A stretch of DNA of 64,000 nucleotides, from assembly GCA_000002435.2 (NCBI GenBank), contig CM018793.1. The stretch is one strand, 5' to 3'. Shown piece after piece: positions 47,852 to 58,543 of this stretch. The position numbers and the translations under genes were made by a program. The notes beneath the pieces were generated by a model. It saw only the letters and a program-made list of their open reading frames with translations. It was not told the DNA's origin and did no database searches. Source of the DNA: Giardia intestinalis. Its lineage: Eukaryota. Each line of letters opens with the position of its first letter. Within the stretch, counting starts at the first letter, position 1.

Positions 47852-50800
47852 CTAAATAATGTCGTCGACTATTTGGTTAGCAAAATACTCCTCCAAGGAC
47901 GTAATCGCTCCCCCCAATGCCGCAGATACACTGTCCGCATCTACTTCTAGGAGCCCGACAAGGATAGTATCTATGGCGTGCTTGATGCTTAGCAGTGCGT
48001 GGTGGTGATCGTAGCACGTGATGTCACTCGCCACAACAGCAAGGTTGTCCTTCATCTTCCTGATCACACCTACTCGCCTTGCGGTCCCGTTAAGTATGTC
48101 CTCACACATGAGCTGCTTGGACGCCTCCTCAGATAGAGACTTTAGGCGATCGAAAAGCCGCATGGTGATGTAGATGCTGCGCTTTACCTCGGAGTCCACG
48201 CTTGTCTCTAGGATGTCTGTCGAGAGAGTCAAAAACCGACCCAGCTGGTTGCTAACAAACATGTCGATGAAGTTGTCTGTGTCCATTAATCGCTGAGCTG
48301 TTTGCTTGCGTACTAGCTCTGCATCGTTGTCTTGAGGAATGAGCGCGGTGGGCTTATCCGCCAGCTGAGTGACAGAGCTCGCACTGGGCGCTGGCCGTAT
48401 GAGGGCAGCCGACGGAGGGATCTCCTCTATCTGGCTAAAGCTGTAGAATTGCTCGGCTATCACTTCTGAATTCCACTGTTTAATGGTGTGACTGCAAAGC
48501 TCTCTGAAAGCAGCCTCGTTGATTCTGTTGACGCATCCGTGCTCTCGGCCGAAGTGCAAAAGGATTGTCTGCAGCGCCTGATATAATGTCTTCCTGAAAG
48601 AGGAGTAAGCATAGAAGATTATTGCTACAACCCTGGAGAATGGTATAGTGAGCTCTCTGTATTGCTCTGCTGATCGAGTACGCCTATCATAAACGCTTCC
48701 TATGATAGACGCAGCCAAATCTTCTCTTCGAGCTCGCTCCCAGTTAGTGAACATGATGCTGAGCAGGGGCTCAATAGAGGTGATAGGGATTGGCTCAAGG
48801 ATGTTAATGGTCGCATCACGTAATTCCTTAGCACTGTCAGCAATATATGTGTTGAGCTGAAGCGACCTACGAAGATCCAAGTATGCTAAGAAGTAGTCGT
48901 TATCTAAGTCACTGAAGAGCATGCGGGCAAACAGGTATACTTCATCGTTCTCGTACTGATAGAAAATAACATTTGCGATGATGCAGTATAACAAGCTCGA
49001 AACAAGGGAGCGCAATCCATATCTGCTCTTGCACCAATACACCAAAAAGTGAGGAAGAGATTCTGCGTCTTCTCTACAAAGCTCCCCAGGAACAAGCATG
49101 AACTCATATGCTGTTGTGATGTGTTCGTCAGCCATCGGTGCTGCCCCAACACTGGTAGTGAGTAGATTTTTCTCCACTAAATGCTCAGCCTTGTGTTCAT
49201 CGTGTCGGGCGATAATGATAGTCTCTGTGGCTATTTGGCGCTTATAGAGTACCATTCGAATAATCTTGAGTGTCCATATAAGTGATTTTAGATAGCATGC
49301 AGTGATTGGGATCCTGATGTATGCCTGCTTGCTGACCAGTGATGTTACGATTTGGGTCGGGGTGAGAGTAACTTGCTCCAGTAGCTTGAAGATGATAGGT
49401 AACGAATCTATCGGCGCCATGAGGTCGTGCGAGCTCCCTGCCCCCTTGTCCACATCAAGCATTCCGCGATCTGATGCATAGTGCAGGCTTGCAGAAGATA
49501 GCCGAACGAACGAGACCTGATCACCAACAGTCGGCAATAGGGTGGCCGGCTGCTTGGCCAGTGGCTTCACTATCGGGGACCCCATGCTGGCGTCTTGGGT
49601 CCTTTTGAGTTCGGTATCTATCTGATTAATCGTAGCCTTCTGCAATGCTGATGTTGCAGCCAAATCCTTATGGAACTTAACTCTACTGCTCAAGAGGCAC
49701 GGAGAGCACATGATCTGTCTTGTAGCAGTATTTGCCGGCTTCAGCACTTTGTCGTCAGACGATTCCTGCATTTGAAGAAGAGATGTTTGATTTGAGCTCG
49801 TAGACAGGGTGTACTTGGCAAAGATCTTGTCTAGAGTTGTCTGCATTAGGAAGTAACAATACGGAGTAATGTTGAGTGGATTAGCTTGCATATATGTCAA
49901 GGAGCCATATCTGGGATGAGGTACCGATCCCACCGGAATTGGACCGGTGAACTGCACAAGCTTCGAATCAGTAGGAGATACGTTGTTGAGTGAAGTGACA
50001 ATAAGAAGATCATTTGTTGCGGGTTGCTTTCTATCCTGATGCATCAGCTTAGCTGTTGGAGAGGGTGCTGGAGACTCTGGGGCGGTAACAAAGACGTTGG
50101 TGAGTGCCTTCGTTCCAGTGGATAATGCCTTGTAGTGTGAAGAGGGATCTGTGTTGTCCGCCACACCGATGACTGAGTTGATTGCCCTACTTACGGGCCT
50201 TCGTTGCTTGGCGAAAAGTACATTACTGTTTTGGATGATGTGTTTGATTTCACTAGGCGAAATTCCCATAGATATGGCAGTGTGGTTAGCCATGTAAGGA
50301 TCTGAGCCAAAGAATTTTCTAGTACTTGCCTTGTTTTTGATAATAAAAGGTCGGATAGGCGATACCCCAAAGTTACTGATAAATCTACTCTCCGGCTGTG
50401 CAAGCACATTTAGGTACGCTGCTGACAGTAGCTTTGCGTGTTCGGAATTACTAGGCAGCATGCCTGGCTGGGCTATCTGAATGTACTTCTTGTTATCTCC
50501 TTCAGCTTCAGCCTCTGGCACGGCCGGCAAGTCGGTATGGAGTAGGAACTCGCCCGACGAGCCTCTCCGTAGTTTGTTTACGATTCTGGCAAACTTATTG
50601 CTTGATGTTTGACGGAGCAGTGTGTTGAGCTCCTGTCCTTGGCCATCTAGTGTGGGATCTAGTTCATCGTCCTGATCATCGAGGCTAGTATTTAGACTCG
50701 AATTAAGGTATTTATCAGGGTGCTCCACAAGATTTATGGCTGATTGAAAAGGGAAAAGAGGGGTCACCTGGAGAAGATTTCGCTTTCCACCGGACGCTCC

Positions 50801-53800
50801 GTCAACGGCATTGTCCACCTTATTAGCAGATGTAAGCTGGTTGTTCATGTACAGAAAATCTTCCACAACACTTGTCCTAGGATACTTCGACGGATTGAGT
50901 CCACCAGCAGCCAAAAGACCGGATGTGCCTGGATGTGGTTGGCTCTCTTCAGAGTCGGGCAGGGTGCTCTGCTGTGTGGCTAGAAGAGGGTTGTCAGCAA
51001 AGTCCGCTAAAACGGATCTTCTTGTTTTCTTTCCTTGTGCCTCTTGTAGCAACCTTGCACTAGGCAGCAGGGGCAGGTTTTTCGGTCCAATTATTCCTGG
51101 CAAGATATTATTTCCAGTAATCTGTGTTGCTTCTGTGTGCGGGGCCGATGGCTGGTGCCTATTCTGAGGCCCTTCTGGTTGGGCTGTGGCATAATGTGAC
51201 GTGTCCATGGTAGGAAGGTTGCTCTTTGTGTTCATATTAATACATGAGACATCCACGCCCCGTAAGTGCCTCGGGTTGTCATAGCGGAGGTACTCTCGCG
51301 GGTTTGTTACCTCACGCGCTAGACGGACGGCAGACACAAGCTTGTCAATGTGGTAAGAGTAGACATCTGTTTGAACAGATACTATCTTGGGGGCTTTCAG
51401 GGGCGTAAACAGAGGCTTGTAAATAGAGACATCTTTGTCGGAAGAGCAGATAGAAATAACATCGGTCTGGATTAACTGAGAAAACGACTGGATGAACAGC
51501 TGGATCTCTTCCTGCTTTGCAAAATTATAACGCATAGCAGGGTCGTCACGGGGATAGTGTCCAAATGCATAGCCGCTTATGAAGGACGAGTGGTAGAGCA
51601 CGGGATTGCGCTCCAGAACATCGTTCCATTGCAAGAGTGGTTTGTCTGGTATTGTGTCTGGGACCTTCTCATGCTGATCAGACTGACTACTTACGACAAT
51701 GTGCAGGTCGACCATTGTCTCTGGTTTAATAGTTAGTAGCGACTCGGACTTATCGATAGTCACGTCCTCGTACAACAATTCTCTACAAACACACGTGACA
51801 TTTGTCTGCACTGCACATTCTTCTAGACTCAGTGCACGAAGCTTCGATTGGGAGCGCAGCTTGACAGAGCGGCTATTAGGAGATGTGGAGCCAGTTGACT
51901 TGCGGTCTATAAGCTCCTGAAGTTCAACGGTGAGAGTGTTTAACTCTTCATCTAGATTAGTCAGTTCATTAAGTTGCTCTTTCCACGAAGAGGATTCTGA
52001 CGGCTGTTGAGCGGGCTCCTCTGTCTTTGGCTTGCCGTTAGTGGAGGTATACGCAGAGAAGATAAGATCTGATGTTGCAGAAGCCATTTGCCCAGGTACT
52101 TTTCCGGTGGATAGGATCTCCCGATTAGCAGATAACAGATGCGTAGCTTTGGGTTTAAATTTGGTGCAAGGTTTTGTAGCAGTACCATTGAGATCGGAAA
52201 AGATTACTTCTACATCGGAATTTTGTAGGTCTCCATAGAATTTGGTACCTTGGACTAAGATAGGAACAGGGGCTCCTTTGGCATCTTGTAGGTAAGCCAG
52301 GAAGTGTTTGCTTGTAGAACTGGGGACAGAAAGTTGCTCATCTATTGACTGACGCCCAGTTCCAAGACGAGAAATAGATTGCTCAGAAAGCTGCTTCAAA
52401 GAGGAAGACTCTCTAACATTGACAGGGACAGCGCTCGAAGCTCCACGATGGACTGGATCCTTTTCTATCGGGTTGTCGAGGTCTTTAGGCGTGAGATTAG
52501 TATCATGACCAGGAGGTTTGGAGCAAGAAATCTGAGAAGGCTTTGCTTCATGTGCTGATGAATTGCGAGTACACACAAGAAAGTCAGTAGTAGAGCTCGG
52601 CTTGAGAGATTGTTGCAGCCCCTGGGTAGCGCTGAAAAGATCTACAACGGAGTCGGACACATGCTTAGATACGCTTTTCTCCACGTCTAGCAAGTTATGG
52701 CTAGAGGCAAGGGCATTCTCAGGGTTTCTCTCTAAAGCATCCTTAGTGCTGTGGAAGGCCAGAGTGAATCCGCTTGGAAAGTCTTTGAGCTCTGCATGCT
52801 TCATAGCGTTGTCAAAGCTGTCCATCGCTTCCTGCGAAAAGTATGCAGACGACTGTGCAGCATCCGAGTGAACGGTGATGATGGCGCTTGTCGCACGAGA
52901 TACATAACGAGGATGCTCATCAGAGAAGACAATTGCAGACAAGCCTTCGTCAACAGTCGTTGGCGGAACCGTTTCGAGACCAAGGTGTCTGAGAGTCGGT
53001 CGATCTGAACGGTCTGGTGAAGAGCAGAAACGTTGTTGTTGTGCAGACACAGGTGGAGGCTCTCGAGCTGCTCCTGTAGCATCTTTCTCCTTTTGCACAA
53101 GCGCCTCCGAGCTGCGCTTCTTAAAGCCTTTGTAAAGGAGCTTTTTGTCTTCCTTCCTGAGGACCGGGCCTACTCTATTCATGATCGATTTCACTTGCTC
53201 GGGTATCGGCACAGAGGGGCCAGGGCTATCGACATTCTCTGCTGAAGCTTTTCTATCCTTAAGAGCCCCAGCTCTTCGACGAACTGTCTCAGCAAAGCCC
53301 TTCTTGATGTTCCTTAGTCTAATGGCCTTTGCATTTGTGGTATCGTTGAGGCGCGTCTTTCCAGCTGCATCTATGTATGCATACTTGGTAATGTGCTGCT
53401 GGGTGGCAACGGTCTGTTGCACTGCTTGGTCGCTCACCTCAGTCACAGGTGGCTGCGAACAGCTTTGGTCCGCAATAAAGCTCTGCTTGTCACTTGTTAT
53501 CTCCTCTGCTGCCACGCATTCGTCTGCATAGCAATTGTCCAGTTGTAGTTCTGGCTCGCAATCCAAATCATCCGCCATCAAAATATCTGCGTACATGTGT
53601 TCTGTGGCACGGCTCACCATGGGCACGACAAAGGTGAGCTTCCGCCGTGGCTTGGATGTAGTGACCTTGGCTTCGACGCCGACAGTGTTCACTTGAGGGA
53701 CACCCTGCAGACGCTCTTGTGCGCGGACTGTATGATCTAGAGTGACAGCTTCGCTGTTATCCTTCTCTTCTATAGTGGACGGTGGATCGTTCAGGTGGTT

Positions 53801-56800
53801 GTCCCCCTGCGCATGATCGCTGTCAAGTAAATTGTACGGGATGCTGGATAAGTGTGAGATCTCTGTTCGTTCGTCATCAAGAATGCGCATACGCAACTTA
53901 AAGTCATCAACGAATGAAAACACTATGTCTTGCTTCTCCTCGTCGGTCATGCTAGGTTTGGCGAAATCACTGCCATAAGAATTGTAGAAATCTAGGAACA
54001 GATACTTGAATTCGTCACAAAAGGCACTCTTAAAGAGCATGTAGCTAAGGACCATCTTGATTTGGGCCGCTATCCGTGCGCTCTCCATATTATCGGTCAA
54101 GATAGCCATCATTCTTTCGAAGTCTTCGGCAGAGAGTGTTTCCAGCTCTAAGCTGGTCTCTCGCACATAGGAGGTAGCGAGATGTTGCTTGGTATCTGCG
54201 TCAGGGACGTCTATAACAAGGCCCAACTCATCGGAAGCAGAGTATGCTAGGTCAGATGCAGTATTGCTTTCCACACACGAGTCCCTGGAATCAGCAAGAT
54301 CTTGGGTACGTTGCTGTGCCTGCGCTATGATAGTATTCTTTACGGTATCTTTGCCCTTCTGTGTGCCAGAAGATCTGGCTTTATCAATTGAAGGCTTGGA
54401 GCTACGCTTCTTTGAAATCTTCTTTGGTTTGTTATCCTCTTCGGTCAGATCTTTGTTGGTACCAAGCGTTCGCGTTCTCTCTTTCTCGCCACTCGGCATG
54501 GTGTTGGATGCGGTCGACGCAAGCTGCTTGCCTGACTTGTTGGCTCTAAACGCGCTATTGTGGGCGGAAACTGTTTGACTAACCAAGTCAGCTATGTTCA
54601 GAGGGGTTTCTGCTCCGTGACTACCCAGGACAAGTCCTGCATCTATGACGTGCTCATCACCCAGTACGTCTATCCCTGCATCTCCCGCTGCGGTCTTCAA
54701 AACGTTTTTAATAGCTGTACGCTCTTCCTTGACCAGATCTTGCTTGGTCTTTCCATCCTTTTCAACAATACTATCTGGGCGATTGTAGTCTAAAGCGTAC
54801 GCCGGAATTGCCTGGCCCAGCTGCTTGGAGTATAGATTCTTCAAGGACACGTTCTTCGGTGCAAAAGCAGCAGGATAGCCTTCATAGCTTGCTTTAGATT
54901 GAGCCACGGTCTGCACACCCACAGCTTTTCTAACAACTGTTATCAGCGGTTCCTTATTGATGATGGTGAAAAAGTGGTGGATAGTTGGCGGATCGCGGAG
55001 AGTTCTGAGAAGGTGGACAAGACACGCCAGTCCCAGCTGGTCTATCTCTGGACAAGAGGAGCATATATGTATCACCGTTTCTGGCAGGCTGAGCGTTTCC
55101 ACAGTCTCTGCTGCCATCTGCATTATCTTAGAGGCATTGCCAGATTCCATGATGGAGCGTATGACCGTACGGGTGTCAATTGCCTGAAAATCCTCCGCAG
55201 CATTCAAATCCTCGATTACAGCCCTTAGCTTAGTGATCTCGTGCTCCAACTCCTGTAGTTCTCCTTTGTACTGGATATCTTGCCGTTTCAACTTCTGCAT
55301 CAGAAAGCTAGTCTCTTCAGAAGCCTTTTTGTAGGCCTTTTCCAGTTCCTGCTTGGCCTTGATCTCTAGAATGACCCGCTTCTCTGCATTCTGCGCCCGC
55401 GTGACTGCGCTGTCCGCTATTGTGCGAAGCCGACCTGCTGCAACTGTAAGTCGTTTAGATCGAGCAAAGGCCTCGTCCTTTTCGAGGGCCAGCTCTCCCA
55501 TTTCCACCTCCATGGCGATTCTGGTTTTCTTCATGGCTTCATAGTTATCCTGGAGAGAGTTCAGTTCCCGTTCCACTTTAGCCTTAGCATACTGCAGTGA
55601 GTCCAGTGAGCCGATGGTATTGGCGAGGCTCTCTTTGACCTTATCATATGAAGCCCGCAAGTCACCAAGCTCTTTATACAAGTTCTTGTTTTCTTCCAAC
55701 GTGATCTTAAGGCGCTTTTCCATATCTCGCGCTTGAGTCTTCAGGAGGTCAACTTTACCCGTGCGACGCACAGAGCGTGCAACGAGGTAATCCTTGGACC
55801 TCTCAAGAGTATTAAGCAGGCTGGGAAGTTGCTTATAAAGGCTCGAGATGCTTTCCAAGCGCTGGTCACCCTGGAGGCCGTCGTACTCGTCATACTTCTG
55901 CTGCAACAGCTCCAGCGCAGAGTCAAATGCCATGACAAATGCCTCCAATTCGCTGATTGCTTGACCGCTCTTGAGAGACGGTTCATTGCTTATTAAGCCG
56001 AGTGGGTCCTGTTCATCAGCATTTATATCAGCGATGAGCTCGGCAACTGTGGTGTACTCCTCCGGACTGACAACTCTGCCGGGGACCGCTTTATTGGAGC
56101 GAATCACAGACGTTCTTTGTGTCTCGTGGTCCCTAACTATGATGGCCGACTTTTCTCGCATGTTTCTTATTTTATCCAATTGCTCAACAATCTTCATGTC
56201 TGTACGGTAGTGAAGAACATGGTTTGAAATCTTGACTGGTGCCTGCCCGACGTCAGAGATGCCCTTTTTCTCACGCTGTAAAATAGGGTTTAGCTGCTTG
56301 AACTTATGCTCAGCAGGCGACAAGTCACCAGATCCCTTTGATGTGAAAACGCCCTTGTCTTCATCTTGTTCGCTGTCCGTTAGGACATCTGCGGGAAAAC
56401 AGTCCAGTTTGGTATGGCTGCACGCCTCCTGCTCCAAGCAGTCGAACGTCTGGATGGGTACGCCTGCCTCTTCGTCCGGCGCTCCGGGGTCGTTCGAGAA
56501 AAGCGGGTCAAACCCGTCCAGCGAAATAAGCCGCTCAATACTCAGCTTAAGATTCATTAGCCTCGAGGCGGGTGTCTTGGCCACCTTGATTGTGCCCACC
56601 TTGTCCCCGTCACTTCCAACGATGTGCATGCGTATTCGATCTACATCGTCCTTTACGGTTGCTATTTGCCAATTTCCCATGCTTGCACGCTCTGTGAAGG
56701 TCTTTTCGCGTGCCAGTGTGGTTGAGCGGGACATATCTTTATCAATTGGGTTGATAGCCTCATGTGCGAAAGCGCTGTTCGGTATAAGATCGCCAGGGAT

Positions 56801-57118
56801 GAGAGGGGTGAAAGCATTTGCCTCGGCCTGCGCATCTTCACTGACGCGGGCCTTCGGAAGTCCACTGTCAAGGATGGGGGGCAACTTGTACCTCGCGTTG
56901 GTTAACTTAGGTATCACATATGGATGCTTGCTGTACTCAATGATATCTCCCACGCTGGAAAGGGTTATCGCCCCATCCAGCTCCTCTCGCAGGTTGACCA
57001 TATGAGATGGGGAGTAGGTGGCGGTGGAGCTGGATCGTCTATCTGAGAGCCCCTTTAACTGATACGTACTAGAAGAGGCGTCACTATCCTGCTCCCGTAG
57101 CCTGCCGATAAACTGCAT
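47852..57118 (-). CDS. giant hypothetical protein (3088 aa) with a central extended coiled-coil region
   Basis: Uninterrupted 9.3-kb ORF with a verified ATG. The central region (about aa 370-640) is heptad-like and charged (LEENKNLYKELGDLRASYDKVKESL..ELQELEHEITKLRAVIEDL). Confidence 0.75.
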   Translation of the reverse strand: MQFIGRLREQDSDASSSTYQLKGLSDRRSSSTATYSPSHMVNLREELDGAITLSSVGDIIEYSKHPYVIPKLTNARYKLPPILDSGLPKARVSEDAQAEANAFTPLIPGDLIPNSAFAHEAINPIDKDMSRSTTLAREKTFTERASMGNWQIATVKDDVDRIRMHIVGSDGDKVGTIKVAKTPASRLMNLKLSIERLISLDGFDPLFSNDPGAPDEEAGVPIQTFDCLEQEACSHTKLDCFPADVLTDSEQDEDKGVFTSKGSGDLSPAEHKFKQLNPILQREKKGISDVGQAPVKISNHVLHYRTDMKIVEQLDKIRNMREKSAIIVRDHETQRTSVIRSNKAVPGRVVSPEEYTTVAELIADINADEQDPLGLISNEPSLKSGQAISELEAFVMAFDSALELLQQKYDEYDGLQGDQRLESISSLYKQLPSLLNTLERSKDYLVARSVRRTGKVDLLKTQARDMEKRLKITLEENKNLYKELGDLRASYDKVKESLANTIGSLDSLQYAKAKVERELNSLQDNYEAMKKTRIAMEVEMGELALEKDEAFARSKRLTVAAGRLRTIADSAVTRAQNAEKRVILEIKAKQELEKAYKKASEETSFLMQKLKRQDIQYKGELQELEHEITKLRAVIEDLNAAEDFQAIDTRTVIRSIMESGNASKIMQMAAETVETLSLPETVIHICSSCPEIDQLGLACLVHLLRTLRDPPTIHHFFTIINKEPLITVVRKAVGVQTVAQSKASYEGYPAAFAPKNVSLKNLYSKQLGQAIPAYALDYNRPDSIVEKDGKTKQDLVKEERTAIKNVLKTAAGDAGIDVLGDEHVIDAGLVLGSHGAETPLNIADLVSQTVSAHNSAFRANKSGKQLASTASNTMPSGEKERTRTLGTNKDLTEEDNKPKKISKKRSSKPSIDKARSSGTQKGKDTVKNTIIAQAQQRTQDLADSRDSCVESNTASDLAYSASDELGLVIDVPDADTKQHLATSYVRETSLELETLSAEDFERMMAILTDNMESARIAAQIKMVLSYMLFKSAFCDEFKYLFLDFYNSYGSDFAKPSMTDEEKQDIVFSFVDDFKLRMRILDDERTEISHLSSIPYNLLDSDHAQGDNHLNDPPSTIEEKDNSEAVTLDHTVRAQERLQGVPQVNTVGVEAKVTTSKPRRKLTFVVPMVSRATEHMYADILMADDLDCEPELQLDNCYADECVAAEEITSDKQSFIADQSCSQPPVTEVSDQAVQQTVATQQHITKYAYIDAAGKTRLNDTTNAKAIRLRNIKKGFAETVRRRAGALKDRKASAENVDSPGPSVPIPEQVKSIMNRVGPVLRKEDKKLLYKGFKKRSSEALVQKEKDATGAAREPPPVSAQQQRFCSSPDRSDRPTLRHLGLETVPPTTVDEGLSAIVFSDEHPRYVSRATSAIITVHSDAAQSSAYFSQEAMDSFDNAMKHAELKDFPSGFTLAFHSTKDALERNPENALASSHNLLDVEKSVSKHVSDSVVDLFSATQGLQQSLKPSSTTDFLVCTRNSSAHEAKPSQISCSKPPGHDTNLTPKDLDNPIEKDPVHRGASSAVPVNVRESSSLKQLSEQSISRLGTGRQSIDEQLSVPSSTSKHFLAYLQDAKGAPVPILVQGTKFYGDLQNSDVEVIFSDLNGTATKPCTKFKPKATHLLSANREILSTGKVPGQMASATSDLIFSAYTSTNGKPKTEEPAQQPSESSSWKEQLNELTNLDEELNTLTVELQELIDRKSTGSTSPNSRSVKLRSQSKLRALSLEECAVQTNVTCVCRELLYEDVTIDKSESLLTIKPETMVDLHIVVSSQSDQHEKVPDTIPDKPLLQWNDVLERNPVLYHSSFISGYAFGHYPRDDPAMRYNFAKQEEIQLFIQSFSQLIQTDVISICSSDKDVSIYKPLFTPLKAPKIVSVQTDVYSYHIDKLVSAVRLAREVTNPREYLRYDNPRHLRGVDVSCINMNTKSNLPTMDTSHYATAQPEGPQNRHQPSAPHTEATQITGNNILPGIIGPKNLPLLPSARLLQEAQGKKTRRSVLADFADNPLLATQQSTLPDSEESQPHPGTSGLLAAGGLNPSKYPRTSVVEDFLYMNNQLTSANKVDNAVDGASGGKRNLLQVTPLFPFQSAINLVEHPDKYLNSSLNTSLDDQDDELDPTLDGQGQELNTLLRQTSSNKFARIVNKLRRGSSGEFLLHTDLPAVPEAEAEGDNKKYIQIAQPGMLPSNSEHAKLLSAAYLNVLAQPESRFISNFGVSPIRPFIIKNKASTRKFFGSDPYMANHTAISMGISPSEIKHIIQNSNVLFAKQRRPVSRAINSVIGVADNTDPSSHYKALSTGTKALTNVFVTAPESPAPSPTAKLMHQDRKQPATNDLLIVTSLNNVSPTDSKLVQFTGPIPVGSVPHPRYGSLTYMQANPLNITPYCYFLMQTTLDKIFAKYTLSTSSNQTSLLQMQESSDDKVLKPANTATRQIMCSPCLLSSRVKFHKDLAATSALQKATINQIDTELKRTQDASMGSPIVKPLAKQPATLLPTVGDQVSFVRLSSASLHYASDRGMLDVDKGAGSSHDLMAPIDSLPIIFKLLEQVTLTPTQIVTSLVSKQAYIRIPITACYLKSLIWTLKIIRMVLYKRQIATETIIIARHDEHKAEHLVEKNLLTTSVGAAPMADEHITTAYEFMLVPGELCREDAESLPHFLVYWCKSRYGLRSLVSSLLYCIIANVIFYQYENDEVYLFARMLFSDLDNDYFLAYLDLRRSLQLNTYIADSAKELRDATINILEPIPITSIEPLLSIMFTNWERARREDLAASIIGSVYDRRTRSAEQYRELTIPFSRVVAIIFYAYSSFRKTLYQALQTILLHFGREHGCVNRINEAAFRELCSHTIKQWNSEVIAEQFYSFSQIEEIPPSAALIRPAPSASSVTQLADKPTALIPQDNDAELVRKQTAQRLMDTDNFIDMFVSNQLGRFLTLSTDILETSVDSEVKRSIYITMRLFDRLKSLSEEASKQLMCEDILNGTARRVGVIRKMKDNLAVVASDITCYDHHHALLSIKHAIDTILVGLLEVDADSVSAALGGAITSLEEYFANQIVDDII

Positions 57119-57307
57119 CGTTACTGTCTCAAAGTCTGTGCAAGCTTTTAAAGATTTCAGATTAAAGTTTGGCCAGACCTAACCAGAGAAGCCTGCCTTA
57201 GCCATTTCAGCGGATCAGTGGTTCGGATTACTAAGTGACTGCACTGTTTTATAAGTGCCACTGAGCAGGGCGATGACAGAGGGGTGCTTCAAGGTAAATA
57301 TTATAAA

Positions 57308-58132
57308 ATGGCGACACCCTTAGACAGGCCATTAACTAGAGGTGGTGCCTTCGGAGGCTGCTGCGGTAGTAGCGGGGACGCTCAAGGAGACGACGCAGAA
57401 ATTTCTTTGGCAAAGACCTACAACACCTCCCAGGGAGGGGGCTGGAGGCCTCCCGAGGACAAAAAGCCCAGGAAACAGAAGTCTGTCGTGGATTTACTAG
57501 AGGCGGTCACGGTCAAATACAAAACGGCACAGGACGCACCAATTCTTCCTCCGCGGGCCGGCAATGACAACAAGCCCACCCTGGTATTGGATATGGACGA
57601 GACCCTGATTGCAGTGAAGTTTGATCTCTATTTGCCTGGCTCCGATTACATAGTTCCACTGAGGCTTTGCCATCTGACCGAAACGGGGACGGGAATGACA
57701 GAATTATACACTATAGCATGGGTTAGAAAGCGGCCCTATCTGGAAGACTTCTTGGCATCCGTAGCCAAGGACTGGGAGGTAATAATAATGACCGCAGGGA
57801 TTGAAGATTATGCAAAGCCGATCATTGCAGAGTTCGATCGCAACAAGATCGTGTCTTACTCTCTCTACAGGGACTCTTGCTCATGTGATAAGTCCGACGG
57901 AATCATATACAAGGACCTCAGCATCCTCGGCAGGGACGTAAACCGTACAGTAATAGTGGACAATACCCCGACATGCTATAAGAAGCACCCTGAGAACGCT
58001 ATTCCAATAAGCACGTGGGAGAGCTCCAGCAAGGACCGAGCTCTCAGGTCCCTCATCCCGATCCTTCAGGAGCTGTCGAGAGCCCCAAATATAGTTAAAG
58101 CTCTAAAGCGGATGCGGCTAAATGAGTTCTAG
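57308..58132 (+). CDS. NLI-interacting-factor (FCP1/SCP-type) CTD-like phosphatase, HAD superfamily
   Basis: DxDxT motif LVLDMDETLI and the downstream NIF-domain core (VRKRPYLEDFL..WEVIIMTAG..YA). The track start is GTG; the ATG at 57308 follows aaatattataaaATG. Confidence 0.75.
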   Translation: MATPLDRPLTRGGAFGGCCGSSGDAQGDDAEISLAKTYNTSQGGGWRPPEDKKPRKQKSVVDLLEAVTVKYKTAQDAPILPPRAGNDNKPTLVLDMDETLIAVKFDLYLPGSDYIVPLRLCHLTETGTGMTELYTIAWVRKRPYLEDFLASVAKDWEVIIMTAGIEDYAKPIIAEFDRNKIVSYSLYRDSCSCDKSDGIIYKDLSILGRDVNRTVIVDNTPTCYKKHPENAIPISTWESSSKDRALRSLIPILQELSRAPNIVKALKRMRLNEF

Positions 58133-58179
58133 GGCTCGCTTCCCCCAGCAATCCCAGCGACTTGGCTTCGGGAGGGCTT

Positions 58180-58446
58180 CTAAACATATTCATACACGGG
58201 CTGCATTTCTGCATCGTGGCCGACAACGGTTCTCAGTTTATATGTGACGGACGAACGCTCGTCCATGGCAAGGTCAAATATTCCGTAATCTGCGTCTAAT
58301 GGCTGATTGTTCAGGAATAGTTGGATATCTTGGGGGTCGTTTCCAATTAGACGTCCTAGTATTCTGCAAATGTCCCCCACCTTCCCAGAAGGATCTACGA
58401 GGATATAGTATGCGTCCTTACCACGTTTAACAAGAATGTACAGCAT
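58180..58446 (-). CDS. small ubiquitin-like-fold protein, elongin-B-like
   Basis: 88 aa. KRGKDAYYILVDPSGKVGDICRILGRLIGNDPQDIQLFLNNQPLDADYGIFDL parallels elongin B ([55 protein letters not shown]). Confidence 0.35.
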   Translation of the reverse strand: MLYILVKRGKDAYYILVDPSGKVGDICRILGRLIGNDPQDIQLFLNNQPLDADYGIFDLAMDERSSVTYKLRTVVGHDAEMQPVYEYV

Positions 58447-58543
58447 CTAGATGGACGGTAGTAACAGTATCTGTAAGCGTTTGAGTCGGTCGTTTTTAAA
58501 AGTTTAATGCAAAATTTAATATGCAAATTCTGGTGCGGATCTC

